From the NCBI RefSeq assembly GCF_004010195.1, contig NC_057719.1, positions 70,277,728-70,341,727 on the forward strand: DNA of 64,000 nucleotides, in the 5' to 3' direction. Of this stretch, positions 36,908 through 49,933 are shown in pieces. Made by a program: the position numbers and the translations under genes. Numbering within the stretch: the stretch's first letter is position 1; each line of letters begins with the position of its first letter. The notes under the pieces were generated by a model. It did not search any database and was not told the DNA's origin. It saw only the letters and a list, made by a program, of their open reading frames with translations. This stretch comes from Chiloscyllium plagiosum (Eukaryota).

Positions 36908-39387
36908 AATCCACCCAGACAATGTTCAATGCCTAGCAGATAAGGATGAAAATCCAATCCTTCAATCTTTCAACAAGTAATACTCCCAACATCACTCATT
37001 CCATACCTGGTTGAAAGATTCTGGCCTGGGGATTGTTTTTCTCCAAACCATAACATTGTTATATTATTAATAAAGATTAATGCGTTGGAATTGTTTCCAT
37101 TTTGTATTCTGTCAAAAATAAACCACTTAAAACTGACAAAAGTACTGGTGCTGACATGCCTGCAAGCAGGAAATACATCTGTCAAAAATAGCTGTGTTTT
37201 TTAGATTACTGACCTATACCTGAAGATTAACAGCAATTAGTTCACTAGCATACTCCTGAAACTAAATAAATAGGACAGGCAGCACAAGGAGTTGGCACAG
37301 GGCATTCCAGTCACTACTAAGAAACAAAACATCTGCTTGAAGATCCATGTGATTAATTTTCCCTCCATAATAATGTATCTTAATTCCTAACCTAGTCATG
37401 AGATCTCCTTTTGCTGCCATTCAGATACGCATTGGAGGTAAGGCTCAGAGTTGATGTTTCTGATGGCGCATATGAAATCAGAAACTCTGCATTTTGTGAA
37501 TTCAGGGCATTTTGTTCCGTCATCCTCAAATAATTGGTACAGCAATATATTGCACTCCATGGGATGCTCAGGATCATTTAGTTTCTAATTTTAGCCTAAT
37601 TACCAGCCAGTTTGCATATTATGGTACATTGCAAAGAATGCATCTTCAAGTGGTCAAAAGTGAATTCCTATATATACTAGAATAACTCTAATTTGTTAGT
37701 TATCTTTTTTTCATGGTTTTCTTAAATAACACAAATGACAGCACTACACAATTTAAGATTTCACATTTGTTTTTCAATTAAATTGAGGTTTACTGCATTA
37801 CTGAGACTTCACATTGTTGACTCCTCTCATTTAGAATGATCAGATGTTGAAAACTTTCACATATGACCTTGTCTCTTTTAATGCTTTCAGAGACTAACTA
37901 TGACCAACTAACTCCCTGCGTGGCTGTTCAGACACTTTTAACTGCTTGTTAGCAAGAATAACAAAATAACAAGATTGTCTTGCACTTTATTTAATTACAA
38001 TTATTGATGTGGTCAACTTCCAACTACCTATTCATATCTGGTCCCCAGTCATATCCAATTTTCATGGATTTCGTTTAAGAACTAAGAAAAGCTCAACTGC
38101 CAAGCTGATAATGAACTTGTGGATAAAATTTAAGTGAACACCTTTTTCTCCCCCCAGTCAGTGTCCCCACAAACTACCTTCTCCCCACACTGTTCTTGAA
38201 GATATTGTGGGCTATATTTCACAGGGCATTTGTCAACACACTGCCAAGCCCATTCAAATGACCATTATTTGTGTGCAAACCATAACCATAAGAGTTGGCA
38301 TATTTCCACAATGGGAATATCGCAGCCAAGCTCAATCCAATCACTATTCACAGACACTTTTAGCATTGTAGCAATCAAATGTGAGAATCTCGACTGATTT
38401 CCTTCTTTCTAATGCTAGGTGATTGAGTCTAATTGTAGTTCCTTTAGCACTCTCCTAGCTGTCTAAGATTGGTTAATCAGTATGGATAAAATCTAAAATC
38501 TTGACATCAATAGTAACTCAATGCTATAACCTACCAGTACTATACCTTATACTTGCACCAATGTCTCTGCTTTTAATAACAAGTAGAAAAAAATATACCT
38601 GTGTCATCTTTCAACAGCACATAGACGTCTACATTTGGTTGAAAGATTGCAATATTCAATTTTCCAACATAGGCATCACAATTCCAGGAAAAATAAACAA
38701 TTTTTAATGGGTTCCAGAGCTACTGTTATCAACTGTAAACATTCCCAGAGATGCACATTTCTGTACTCTAAAATTTAATTTCCCTTACTTGCATTTATGT
38801 ATGCACCAGGGTTTGCCATAAAGCACATCACAGAGTAGTGATGGAATTCACAGTATCACTGATATAGGAATTCACGGACACAAGCTGTGAAGATATAAAA
38901 GCAAATCTGAATATTGAAATGCAAGGCAAGATCCGGCAGAGTTTCTACAAAGAATGGAATATTAGCATTTTGATGAGGATTTTGTTTCATTTATTTAATC
39001 CACTAATCGTATAGAGCATACAAAGATATTAGAACAGAGAAACAGCCATGACCTAACCAAGGACGATGACTTTATAGCAGAACTCTTCTGAGAGGGATAA
39101 AATGAAATATCCAAATCAAAATTTCACAATGCATACAAATGTTACAATTTAGTAGTAATTCAATATCTGTTCCCTAAGCAAATAAAGCTAATAAATATTC
39201 CCTTGATATAGTTGGCCAGTAAGCTTGATTACTGATGCATTACCTGTGCATTCAAGGTACCTGTATTTGAAGAGTTTTGTGGTGTTCTTGTATCAGGCTT
39301 GGTTTAATTGGTAGGATTTCTGATGCTGATACAAACATTATCAATTTCAGCCTCATTTCAAGGGTTTAAATTTCACCACTAAAGTGG

Positions 39388-39713
39388 GATTAGATTTGAT
39401 TCTCTATAGTGTGGAAACAGGCCCTTCGGCCCAACAACTCCACATTGACACTCCGAACAGCAACCCACCCAGACCAATTCCCTACATTTACCCCTGACTA
39501 ATGCACCTAACACTTCGGGTAATTTAGCATTGCCAATTCACCTAACCTGCACATCTTTGGACTGTGGGAGGAAACTGGAGCACCCAGAGGAAACCCACAC
39601 AGATATGGGGAGAATGTGCAAACTCTACACAGACAGTTGCCCGAGGCAGGAATTGAACCCAGGTGCCTGGTGCTGTGAGGCAGCAGTGCTAACCACTGAG
39701 CCACCATGCCATC
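39388..39713 (-). mobile_element. HE1-type SINE, full length
   Basis: Reverse complement of 10141-10464. Confidence 0.92.
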
Positions 39714-40009
39714 CCTGGATACAAGAACCAGGTTTGCTTTTGTGTCAGAAACCTATTTCTGGAGTGAGGCAGTTGGAATAATACAAAGACAGATTCAAAT
39801 TAAATTGTTCATGGAAGTGAGTGCTGTACTGGTCTGGAAATAGTTTCCCTGACCAATTCGAGCTGCTGGGGGTGGACGTGGAGGGCGACAATTAAATATT
39901 TGGGCTACTTTTGACATCCTATGGAAGCCATTAATAAAGCTGTCCAAAGAAATAAATCCTCTGCCAAAGCCTTCATTGGATATCAGTGAGAGCTCACTGG
40001 AAAGTTGGT

Positions 40010-40320
40010 GTCTGGATAAAGCTGCATGTTGCTTCATTAATGTTGGCCTAGATCTGATTTTGGTGGCTGGGATGGACATCACCTTCAGACGAGAGGTCCT
40101 CTTCCCAAAAGATGGCAAGGAAGAGGCCATTGTATCAGTAGAGCGCTGGCTGGGGTGACTATGGTGTTTTAGCCTTTTCGTTGTGAAGCTCCTTCTGTTT
40201 TTGTTGTTTTAACAATGACACTTCAAGCAAGGTATTATTTTCATTACGGGTGGTGCAGAAAGTTGGTACAGTTGGTGAAAGGATAACAAGATCCTCCACA
40301 GTAAGGGCAAAGCACCTGAC
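40010..40320 (+). pseudogene. Possible PIF/Harbinger Myb/SANT-like ORF fossil
   Basis: ...FINVGLDLILVAG...RREVLFPKDGK...ERWLG resembles the FSxxxLExLL...RRxVLF...W pattern of Myb_DNA-bind_5 domains. Degenerate. Confidence 0.35.
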
Positions 40321-40435
40321 AAATAGGTTTCCTTCATTGGTGGCAAGCTCCAGTTTATATGCTGCATTCACGTGTTGGCACAGGATTCCCAGATTTATAT
40401 CCTTGCCATGCTCCTCAACCTGGGCCAGACACGCT

Positions 40436-41340
40436 CAGATGAGGAATGGGAACTAAATATCCAAGGGCACACGTCCTATCGAAAGGACAGACAGATGGGC
40501 AGAGGGGGCTGGTTTGCCTTTTTAGTAAGAAGTGAAATTAAATTGGCATCAAGTAGTAACGCAGAGTTAGCAGGCATAGCATCTGTATCGGTAGAGTTGA
40601 GCAAGCACAAAGGAGAAAAGACCCTAATGGGAGTTGTGTACAGGCCCCCGAGAAGTACTCAGAATGTTGGGAAGAAAATAAATCAGGAGATAGAAAATTT
40701 ATGTAAGAAAGGCACTATTACAATAATCAGGGGTCTTCAATATGCAGATGGACTGGGAAAATCAGGTTGGTAGCAGTTCCCAAAAAAAACAAATTTGTGG
40801 AATGTCTGAGTTTTTGGAGCAATTTGTGGTACAGTCACTAGGGAACAGGCAATTCTGTAAAGAGGCAGACTTAATTAAGGAGCTTAAGGTGAAGGAACTC
40901 CAGTGGTTAGTGACTATAAGTGATAGAATTCACCCTGCAGTTTAAGAGGGAGAAGCTGGAATCGGATGTAACGTTACCACAATTGAATAAAGTAACTACA
41001 GAGACGTGAGGAGAAGTTGGCCACAATTGATTGCAAGGGGAACCCAGCAGGGTGAAGTAGCAATGGCAGTGGTTTCTGGATGAATTCAGAAAGCACAGCA
41101 AGAAGTCAACACAAGGAAGAAGAAACTTCCTAAGGGAAGGATGAGGCAACTAGGCTGATCAGGGAAGTCAGTTAAAAAAGCAAAAGGAAAACCATAAAAT
41201 GTGGCAAAGATTAGTGGGAAACCAGAGGATTGGGAAGCCTTTAAAAGCAGCAGAGGAGATTGTGGAGGAATTGGTAGTGATCTTTTGAATCACTGGAATC
41301 AGTGAGGGTCCCATAGGACTGGAAAATCACTAATGTAACT
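40436..41340 (+). mobile_element. CR1 ORF2 endonuclease-region fossil
   Basis: WELNIQGHTSYRKDRQMGRGGWFAFLV, TLMGVVYRPP and MQMDWENQVG; later GRVP.DWKITNVT. Confidence 0.85.
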
Positions 41341-41382
41341 GGAACTGTTACTTTGCAGTAACCGGAATTGTTGACTTCGCAG

Positions 41383-42566
41383 TAGAGTCATAGAGATGTA
41401 CAGCATGGAAACAGAACCTTTGGTCCAACCCGTCCACGCTGACCAGATATCCCAACCCAATCTAGTCCCACTTGCCAGCACCCGGCCCATATCCCTCCAA
41501 ACCCTTCCTATTCATATACCCATCCAAATGCCTCTTAAATGTTGCAATTGTACCAGCCTCCACCACATCCTCTGGCAGCTCATCCCATACACGTACCACC
41601 CTCTGCGTAAAAAAGTTGCCCCTTAGGCCTCTTTTATATCTTTCCCCTCTCACCCTAAACCTATGCCCTCTAGTTCTGGACTCCCCGACCCCAGGGAAAA
41701 GACTTTGTCTATTTATCCTATCCATGCCCCTCATAATTTTGTAANNNNNNNNNNNNNNNNNNNNNNNNNNNNNNNNNNNNNNNNNNNNNNNNNNNNNNNN
41801 NNNNNNNNNNNNNNNNNNNNNNNNNNNNNNNNNNNNNNNNNNNNNNNNNNNNNNNNNNNNNNNNNNNNNNNNNNNNNNNNNNNNNNNNNNNNNNNNNNNN
41901 NNNNNNNNNNNNNNNNNNNNNNNNNNNNNNNNNNNNNNNNNNNNNNNNNNNNNNNNNNNNNNNNNNNNNNNNNNNNNNNNNNNNNNNNNNNNNNNNNNNN
42001 NNNNNNNNNNNNNNNNNNNNNNNNNNNNNNNNNNNNNNNNNNNNNNNNNNNNNNNNNNNNNNNNNNNNNNNNNNNNNNNNNNNNNNNNNNNNNNNNNNNN
42101 NNNNNNNNNNNNNNNNNNNNNNNNNNNNNNNNNNNNNNNNNNNNNNNNNNNNNNNNNNNNNNNNNNNNNNNNNNNNNNNNNNNNNNNNNNNNNNNNNNNN
42201 NNNNNNNNNNNNNNNNNNNNNNNNNNNNNNNNNNNNNNNNNNNNNNNNNNNNNNNNNNNNNNNNNNNNNNNNNNNNNNNNNNNNNNNNNNNNNNNNNNNN
42301 NNNNNNNNNNNNNNNNNNNNNNNNNNNNNNNNNNNNNNNNNNNNNNNNNNNNNNNNNNNNNNNNNNNNNATAAGGCCTGCTAAGATTTGCTTTCCCAAAA
42401 TGCAGCACCTCGCATTTATCTGAATTAAACTCCATTTGCCACTTCTCAGCCCATTGACCCATCTCGTCAAGATCCCATTGTAATCTGAGGTAACCCTCTT
42501 CGCTGTCCACTACACCTCCAATTTTGGTGTCATCTGCAAACTTACTAACTGTACCTCTTATGCTCA
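41383..42566 (-). mobile_element. Young HER1/CR1 LINE spanning an assembly gap
   Basis: SKFADDTKIGGVVDSEEG...WAEKWQMEFNSDKCEVLHFG lies on one side of the gap. RTRGHRFRVRGERYK...FKRHLDGYM and the tail lie on the other. Confidence 0.93.
41745..42369. other. Assembly gap (run of N)
   Basis: Continuous N characters. Confidence 1.
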
Positions 42567-42862
42567 TGCGTCCTCTTCAAAATAACACCCTCCAACTATT
42601 TTTTTCTCGTTACTTTCTCTCTTTTTTCATGCTCAGAAATGTTATCATACGTAAAATGATGGGTTTTTTTCCCATTACCAAATCACCCATGATACTTATC
42701 ATCTATCAACTACTACCACTAAATCATCCATACTTTCCAATTAATAAAATTATGTACACATCCCCCAACTGTTAACTGGTTCTTAATTAGCTGTTTAATT
42801 TATTAATTGGTCTCAATCAGCAGACAAGTGGGATCACTGTCCCATCCTCTGACCACTTTGGG

Positions 42863-42982
42863 AGGGCTCTTGTGGTGCAGTGGTATTGTCCTTATCTCTG
42901 AACCAGGAAGCCTGGGTTCACCTCCCACCTGCTCCAGAGGTATGTAACAGCATCTCTGAATAGATTGATTAGCAAATATCTG
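42863..42982 (+). mobile_element. Short tRNA-derived SINE (non-HE1 body)
   Basis: A-box-like gtggtgcagtggt and B-box-like gggttcacctccc, followed by a body unrelated to HE1. Confidence 0.5.
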
Positions 42983-43669
42983 ACCAGCTTGGGGACAGCA
43001 TTCTGAGACTGACACATCACCCACACTGATACTTTGAGCTTCGTCTCATTTTGTGACTTCTTGAAATTAGTATGGGAAGGAGAACCTGGAAATTCAACTC
43101 AAGCCTGTGTCCAAGAGTGAAATCCAACTTGCATTGCAGTGGAGTGACTGCTCCATGCTGGTCTAAAGTCAATGCTCCTGCTAATCTGCATAGTGCACAG
43201 AGACGACAAAGGTTTTCATCCATGTTACATAGTACAGCAGAGAAGTCCTACTAAAACCTTAAAAAGTACTGTATGTTCGAAAAACTGATAATGCATAAAT
43301 ATATTTTACAGGGTCTATTTTTTGAGGCCTGAGTGGAAATAAACTCCAGCTCTTATTTAAATACAGCTGATGATCTGTAGGAGCTCAAATGGGAGGTTGG
43401 TGGAACTCATCACGGAGCAGTGGCTGAAGAGCTGGCACTTAGTGTACAGCTCGAACTGAGTGGGTAGCTTATGGGATGGACCACCTCGAACCCTCCATCA
43501 GTGGAACATGTCAGCATGGGAGCAGGACTGCTCTTTCACTGGATACACAAAGTACAGCACCTTTGTACACGGGTCCCCGAATTACAATCATTTGTACTTA
43601 TAAATACAGGGTTTCTTATAATATAAAATAACTATTGGTAAGTACAAGTCCAGATAGTGCCATATCTGT

Positions 43670-43860
43670 TGGTCAGATGTTCGGCTAGGTCTCCCTCGCC
43701 TACTCAATGGATGTTGAATATCCCATCGCATTACGAAGGGAAGGCAATCCTTATGATGTCCTGGTTAATTTTCTACTCTATCACTAAAAGAGAGAGATTA
43801 GTTTTCAGTTTGCTGATGTATTTATATTGACATCAACTGCATTTCAAAGCAATGTACCAT
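43670..43860 (+). mobile_element. Old Deu-domain SINE fragment
   Basis: tggatgttgaatatcccatcgcatta...gtcctggttaattt resembles the Deu core. Confidence 0.35.
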
Positions 43861-43964
43861 ATATGAGTGTCTCAATATAAAAATAAGACCTATGCTCAAA
43901 GTATTTAACTCCCATACAAAGTACACAATATCATAGAAAATAAACTTTTCTCATGTGCTTGTGT

Positions 43965-44388
43965 TACAAAGGAAGGCTGGATAGGCTGGGACTTTTTTCA
44001 CTGGAGTGTTGGAGGTTGAAAGGTGACCTTATAGAAGTTTATAAACTTGCAAGGGGTACAGATAGAGTTAATGGTAGTTGTCTTTTCTGTAGGGTGTGGA
44101 ATTTCAAGACCGGGGGCACATTTTTAAGGTGAGAGGAGAGAGGTTTAAAAAAGACATGAAGGGCAAATATTTTGCACAGAGGGTAGTTCATATGTGGAAT
44201 TAACTTCCTGAAGAAGTGGTGGATGTGGACACAATTACAAGTTTAAAAAACATTTGAATCAGAAAGGTTTGGAGGGGTGTGGGCCAGGAGTAGGCAGGTG
44301 GGATGAGTTTAGTTTGGGATTATGTTTAGCAAGGACTGATTGCACCAAAGGGTCTATTTCTGTGTGGTTTGGCTTTGACTATATGATT
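43965..44388 (+). mobile_element. CR1/HER1 LINE 3' fragment
   Basis: RLDRLGLFSLECWRLKGDLIEVYK...FKTGGHIFKVRGERFKK, ending in a gactatatgatt tail. Confidence 0.85.
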
Positions 44389-45666
44389 TCATGTGCTGCA
44401 TTTTACTCAAATGATAGTTCTCTATCTTGTTCACTTCTAAATCCATACATTTATTTATGAGATGGGATGGGATGCCAAAGCCATAAATGGGCTCAGAGGT
44501 AACTTGAATGATTAGCTGCAGTGTTTTGCCAGCTAGGGACTAGAATATTGGTAATGGTTTCTGTCAGCTTTATCTTTAAAAGTGTAAAGCAGTTGTCAAG
44601 ATCCAGGCCCTGAAGACAATAACCCATTTAACTGCACAATATGGTTGACATTTTGGTAATTAGAGCATTCTGTTGCGATCTGATATGTCTAATACTCGTC
44701 TACTGTTTTCTGCATCTGCCACTTACATAAAAGTCACTCGTCCCATCATACCTAAAGTCATGTTTCCAATCAAGTGTATGATTAATATTTACTGCCAAAT
44801 TTGTGCCACTTTCACCCCTCTTTGCACACAGAAGTCAGCCTGTAATTAAAGATGACTGCCTCAGGGCCCCAAGCTGAAAAGTTTGCAGTTGGCATGTTCA
44901 TTTTCTAAATCGAGCAGTGATAGGGGTATGTCAAAATCTCCTAGTGCTCCATTGCCACTCTGGGATGGGAGAAGGTACACAGATGAAGGATAGTTATAAA
45001 AAAAAACAACAGGTTGTGCCCTTCAAGTAAATCACACCTGTCACTCTTGTGCGTTTAGGAAGCAGAAATCAAAAAGTATGAAAGCGGTCATTGTGCTGTG
45101 GTTCTGGCACTGAGGCAGCTGGTCCAGTGTTAACTGGTACTGTGGCTGTATTCATGTGTAAATTTTTTTTGATTAAATAAAACAACAGTTCATGGACTCT
45201 GTAAAGATGTGCATGAATAAAGACCTTGTCATGCATGTAAATGACTTCATTATTGGCCAACTCTGTGCACATTAGTTAGACACTGAATGCTCACGATGAT
45301 AAAACCATTGTCACTTGATTTTTTGGTGTTTACTTGTCAGGAAATGAGCAGTAAGCAATGCTTCAATGTGAAACTGGCCAAGCTCATTCTTTTCACATCC
45401 ATAAAATGTAATTTCTACTTACTGCGGCACCTTTGAACTATTCTTTATACATGATTATCTTACAGCTAGTTAAAATGTTTGATTTACAAATAAAAAGTCA
45501 CCCACATTAAAATTCACATTTAAAATTGTTCCTTTGCGTTTTAATTTTAGGTTACATCCTTTGTGAAAAGAGTGCAACAGCACTTAATGCAAAATCCTGA
45601 CCTAATGTAGGGATAAAGTTAAAATTCACACAACACCAGGTTATAGTCCAATATATTTGTTTGAAA

Positions 45667-45703
45667 GTACAAGCTTTCGGAGTGCTGCTCCTTCATCAGG
45701 TAG
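45667..45703 (-). ncRNA. Minimal hammerhead ribozyme motif, intact core
   Basis: UAC-CUGAUGA-A-GGAG-CAGCA-CUCC-GAAA-GC-UU-GUA, with stem I UAC/GUA and an AGCU palindrome. Confidence 0.75.
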
Positions 45704-46503
45704 CTAGTGGGGCAGGATCATAGAACACAGAATTTATAGCAAAAGATCAGAATGTCATATAACTGATGCGATGTATTGAACAAACCTAGATGGCTGTTAA
45801 GTCTTTAATCACTTAGAATGGGGATGCAGGTTTCAATTTTTAATATGTAAACCCCAGAACTTCTTTCAAGTCACAGTCCTGAGATAACTTAAGGTTTTAT
45901 CAGTATAAAGCAAAGGTACCCATGAGGATGGCCTCAACCGGGATCTTGGGTTCATGTCACACTATAGATGCCCCCACTTTACTATGCACTCTCTCACACA
46001 CACTAATACAAAGTCACGCTCACGCTCTCACAAACCCTGTCTCTTACATGTGCTGTCTCTCTCTCTCTCTCTTGCTTACACACACACGCACATGCACGTG
46101 CCTATGGGGTGAATTTACATTTGCAGGTACATTCTATTTTGTTGAAAAAGCACACAATCTGTAGGCAGCCAGTTCATGTGACATTTTATAAATTCCTACT
46201 TTAGAAATAGAAACAGTCTGATTCAAGGTTGGGATATAGAGAGACTCTAACCTCATACCTTTAATACATTGTCTGAGCAGCGATGTTATGTCTGTTTTAT
46301 ACTGATAAAACCTTATATTATCTTGGGACTGTGACTTGAAAGAAGTTCTGGGATTTACATCTTAATCAATCGATACCTGCATCCCCATTCTAAGTGATTA
46401 AAGACTTAACAGTAATCCAGGTTTGTTCAATACATCGCATCAATTGTATGACACTTGGATCTTTTATTATAAATTCTGTGCCCTGTGATCCTGTCCCACT
46501 AGC

Positions 46504-46538
46504 TGCCTGATGAAGGAGCAGCGCTCCAAAAGCTTGTA
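46504..46538 (+). ncRNA. Hammerhead motif with a G12-to-A change (probably inactive)
   Basis: UGC-CUGAUGA-A-GGAGC-AGC-GCUCC-AAAA-GC-UU-GUA. Confidence 0.6.
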
Positions 46539-48199
46539 CGTCCAAATAAACCTGCTGGACTATAACATGATATTGTGTGATTTTTAACTGTGCCCACCGC
46601 AGTCCAACACAAGCTCCTCCACAATAATGTAGGGACACAGTATGACTTAATTAACTTGAGAGAAGAATAAATTTTTTAAAAAGTAAACAAGTTCTCTCTG
46701 ACAAAAGTCTAATTTTACCCATTTGTCCCTTAGTTTCATAAAGAATTTGTATCAAGTAATACTGCCCTCAAAGTTATGAGTTGAATTGAGGTTGAATTAC
46801 ATAGTAAGTGTTCCTTATGAAACTTACATGTATATGACTAGGTAACCATATTATGCTCAATTTATTTTCATTTAGAGCAGAATCCTGTAAACGGTAAATA
46901 TTAAAATTGTTGGCACATGAAGGATTCAAGAGCAAACATCCTATATACAAATTTAAAACATTATTTGCTACTCATGAATTCAGTAAATCTAATACAATGT
47001 ATTCTTTGTGTGTCTGTGAAATTATATGGACATTTGGAGACATTTTTTATTGTTTAGATAGTCCACACTGTATGGATGATGTGAGGTTATTATCAGCAAA
47101 CAAAACTTTTAAATAACATTATAACCAGGGAAATAACAGGGCAGAATCAAATAGAGGCCTGGGAAACATGGGCTGTGGAAACATTTATGGCAAAATCACG
47201 CAAGAAGTCCAGTAATGTCTATCTCGACATCTCAACAATTTGCTGCACCTTTTATGCACTTGCCGAGTGCCAGTGCAGATTTTCACACTGGGAAGTGGTG
47301 AGCTGTCATTTAAGGGGGATTATAAACTTGTTCAATGCCTTAATACTGTCAACTTGCATCACTAATATTTATCTTGCTATCTTGCCAAAGTTGGCAAACA
47401 AGCTGGATGTTGAGAATTCTCAAAGTTTTAGGGCAGTCGTCCTTACTAAATTCCATGGAAGCATCCCATCAGTCATCGGGTCCTGTACAGCAAGTCAAGG
47501 GCAGCCTCCAGTATGAGTCCAGAGGATTGGCCACAGTCAGGCATCTGACTGGGTGATCTCAGTATGGGAAGGTCTGTCCTTCTGCACTGCAGGGATTAGG
47601 TCATGGTCAGTCCAATGGCTCTACAGCATCTATTTTGGGGATAGGGATAATGGGGCTGAGGAGATATCAGGCATCTGTCATTCTAGACACTTCTCATCCA
47701 GGGCTGTCCAGTTAGGGCACTCAAGGGGATGGGTCATGGTCAGTCCGTCACAGCCATCCATAGAAACAAGGGGAAAGGGCTCAAGGGGATCTGCCAGAGG
47801 AAGGAGACTTTGGAACTTATTCTTTGAGATAGGGGCTGCAGGTTGGGGAAAAGGGGTTGGCAATTGTGAAGGGGCAAACAGTATCTACAAGGGGCTATAC
47901 TATAAAGCAGTGATGGGAAGAATGTTTGTCCATAGTCATGAGCACCTTGTCTTCAAGATGCCAATAGTATATGACATCTCATACACTGGGGCTTTGGGGG
48001 AGATGGCATGTTGCAAGCTCATCTTGATGGGTTGGGTTGGACTTGTTGAGGTGTGTGACCTATAAGATTCACGCGGATGCTATCAGGAAGGAGATCTGGA
48101 TGTTTATGGCCTCAGTGATAGAGAGGCAGAGATTGGAAACCACTGGTTGAAGAGGCCTTCCCTCATGCTGCAAATAATAATTACATCATTGGAAGAAAA

Positions 48200-48345
48200 A
48201 TGGAAGTGACTACCCTCAGAATGGGTGGGTTAAGTGACTTGACTTGTGAGGGAGGGGACAGTCTCACCCATCAATGTGAGATCCTTTGAAGAGAAACAAC
48301 AGCATGCACAGACTCATGCACCATACAGAACAGCCCCACAGGGTG
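48200..48345 (+). pseudogene. Possible Harbinger (HARBI1-like) DDE transposase trace
   Basis: DYPQNGW...EEKQQHAQTH loosely follows the GYPLxxWLMTP...ExxYNxxH pattern. It lies in a GC-richer 47.1-49.1 kb block. Weak. Confidence 0.25.
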
Positions 48346-49720
48346 CCTAATCCTGGCAAATCCTAAAGCATTGACCCCACATTTACTGTGCATCTCTCTG
48401 CCTTAGACAATATCAACCACCTCATTCACATGAGCACTTGTGACTCTGAAACTGGGAAAAGATTAGTGATGTTGTAGGAGATGGGGCAATGGTGTCAGCA
48501 GGATCCATTATCCTGTATATCCTTGGTCATCTTGCTTCCAGCCTCTCAGCACACAATGGTTCATGGTAAATCTTGTATGATCATGGAGTAGGGCATCATG
48601 TTGACCTTGCTAAACTGGGGGCTATGCGGTCACTTAAATAAGCAAATGTACAGCAAAAGGAACGAAATTTATATAAATGTGATACATCACTTATAGTGGA
48701 ATGTTAACTTTGCCTCAAAGTGCATTCAAGAAGTTTGCTTCTTTCTCTCCCTTCCGTTACATCATATGTGTGTGTGTCTGTGTGCGTGTGCACACAACTG
48801 GATGATCTGCACATACTGATTATCTTCTTACCATAAGAAAATTGACCGTCTTTCAATGCAAATTCCAAAATCAGGTGTGGGGGTGCACATAGGGTGGACG
48901 TGGAGAGCCTGACCTCCTTGGGATTATCTAGAGAGGAAAATGTGGAAGGGCTTCTGTACATGGTTCCTCCTAGCACTGCCCTATCCCACTGTCAGAAAGG
49001 GGCACTGTGCCTTTGGTTTAGAGGACTGGTATCTGAGGCATTTGAGTGTAGGAGTCCAGCAGACATGGAGGGTGCTGGACCAGGCTCTCCATGGGATGTG
49101 TAGCTACACTCCTGCTTCTTCATGGAAATGAAGGCTACTGCCTCCCAAATCCCATGAAGCATTCTCAACCCCCTACTATATTCCCTGTACATTCACGGCT
49201 GTGTTGCCAAATTTCAAATGAATGCCATTAACAGGTTTCTGATGACCCAAACACCATGGTAGGCCGGATCATTGACTTCAGGAGAAGAGGAGAAAAACAT
49301 ACCCCCATCAGAATCAGAAGTTCAGAAGGTTGAGAGCATCAAGTTTCTAGGAGTAACGATAACCAACAACATGTCCTGAACTTCCCACGTAGATGCGACA
49401 GTCAAGAAGGCACAACAATGCCTCTTCTTCCTCAGGCAGCTTAGACAATTCGGCATGTCCTCACCAACATTTACAGGTGTATACAGAAAGCATACTATCC
49501 AGGTACATAACAGCCTGGACAACAACTCCTCTGCCCAGGACTGGAAGAAACCACAAAAGGTTGAGTGTGCATAACCAGGCCATCACTGAAGCCAACCTTC
49601 CATACATGGATTCCATTTACACTTCTTGCTACCATAGAAAGAGTGTGAACATCATCAAAGACCCCTCCAATACTGGTAATGATGTCTTACAACCCCTTCC
49701 ATCAGACAGAAGATACAGAA

Positions 49721-49933
49721 TTCTGGATTAATGGTGCTGGAAGAGCACAGCAGTTCAGGCAGCATCCAAGGAGCAGTAAAATCGACGTTTTGGGCAAAAG
49801 GTATTCCTGATGAAGGGCTTTTGCCCGAAACGTCGATTTTACTGCTCCTTGGATGCTGCCTGACCTGCTGTGGTCTTCCAGCACCACTAATCCAGAATCT
49901 GGTTTCCAGCATCTGCAGTCATTATTTTTACCT
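49721..49933 (+). mobile_element. Non-coding fold-back PLE derivative with a 13-bp TSD
   Basis: 49720-49800 pairs with 49818-49898. AGAAGATACAGAA occurs at 49708-49720 and 49934-49946. Confidence 0.9.
49803..49838 (+). ncRNA. Minimal hammerhead ribozyme motif, intact core
   Basis: auuc-CUGAUGA-A-GGGC-UUUU-GCCC-GAAA-CG-UC-gauu. Confidence 0.78.

Larger units (their letters stand above)
45613..46625 (+). mobile_element. Second-family Penelope-like element with long inverted arms
   Basis: 45617-45910 is an inverted repeat of about 46297-46590. The centre encodes GTHEDGLNRDLGFMSHY (GIY-YIG C-terminal end). Confidence 0.88.

Noticed and set aside
41663..42567. Long ORFs of 236-278 aa in the ORF track
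   Set aside because: They are artefacts of the N run. The flanks are CR1 sequence.
47553..48065. 170-aa ORF
   Set aside because: No recognisable domain. It lies in a G-rich, probably transposon-derived block where chance ORFs are likely.
48767..48794. (TG)n tract
   Set aside because: A short, imperfect microsatellite of no evident significance.
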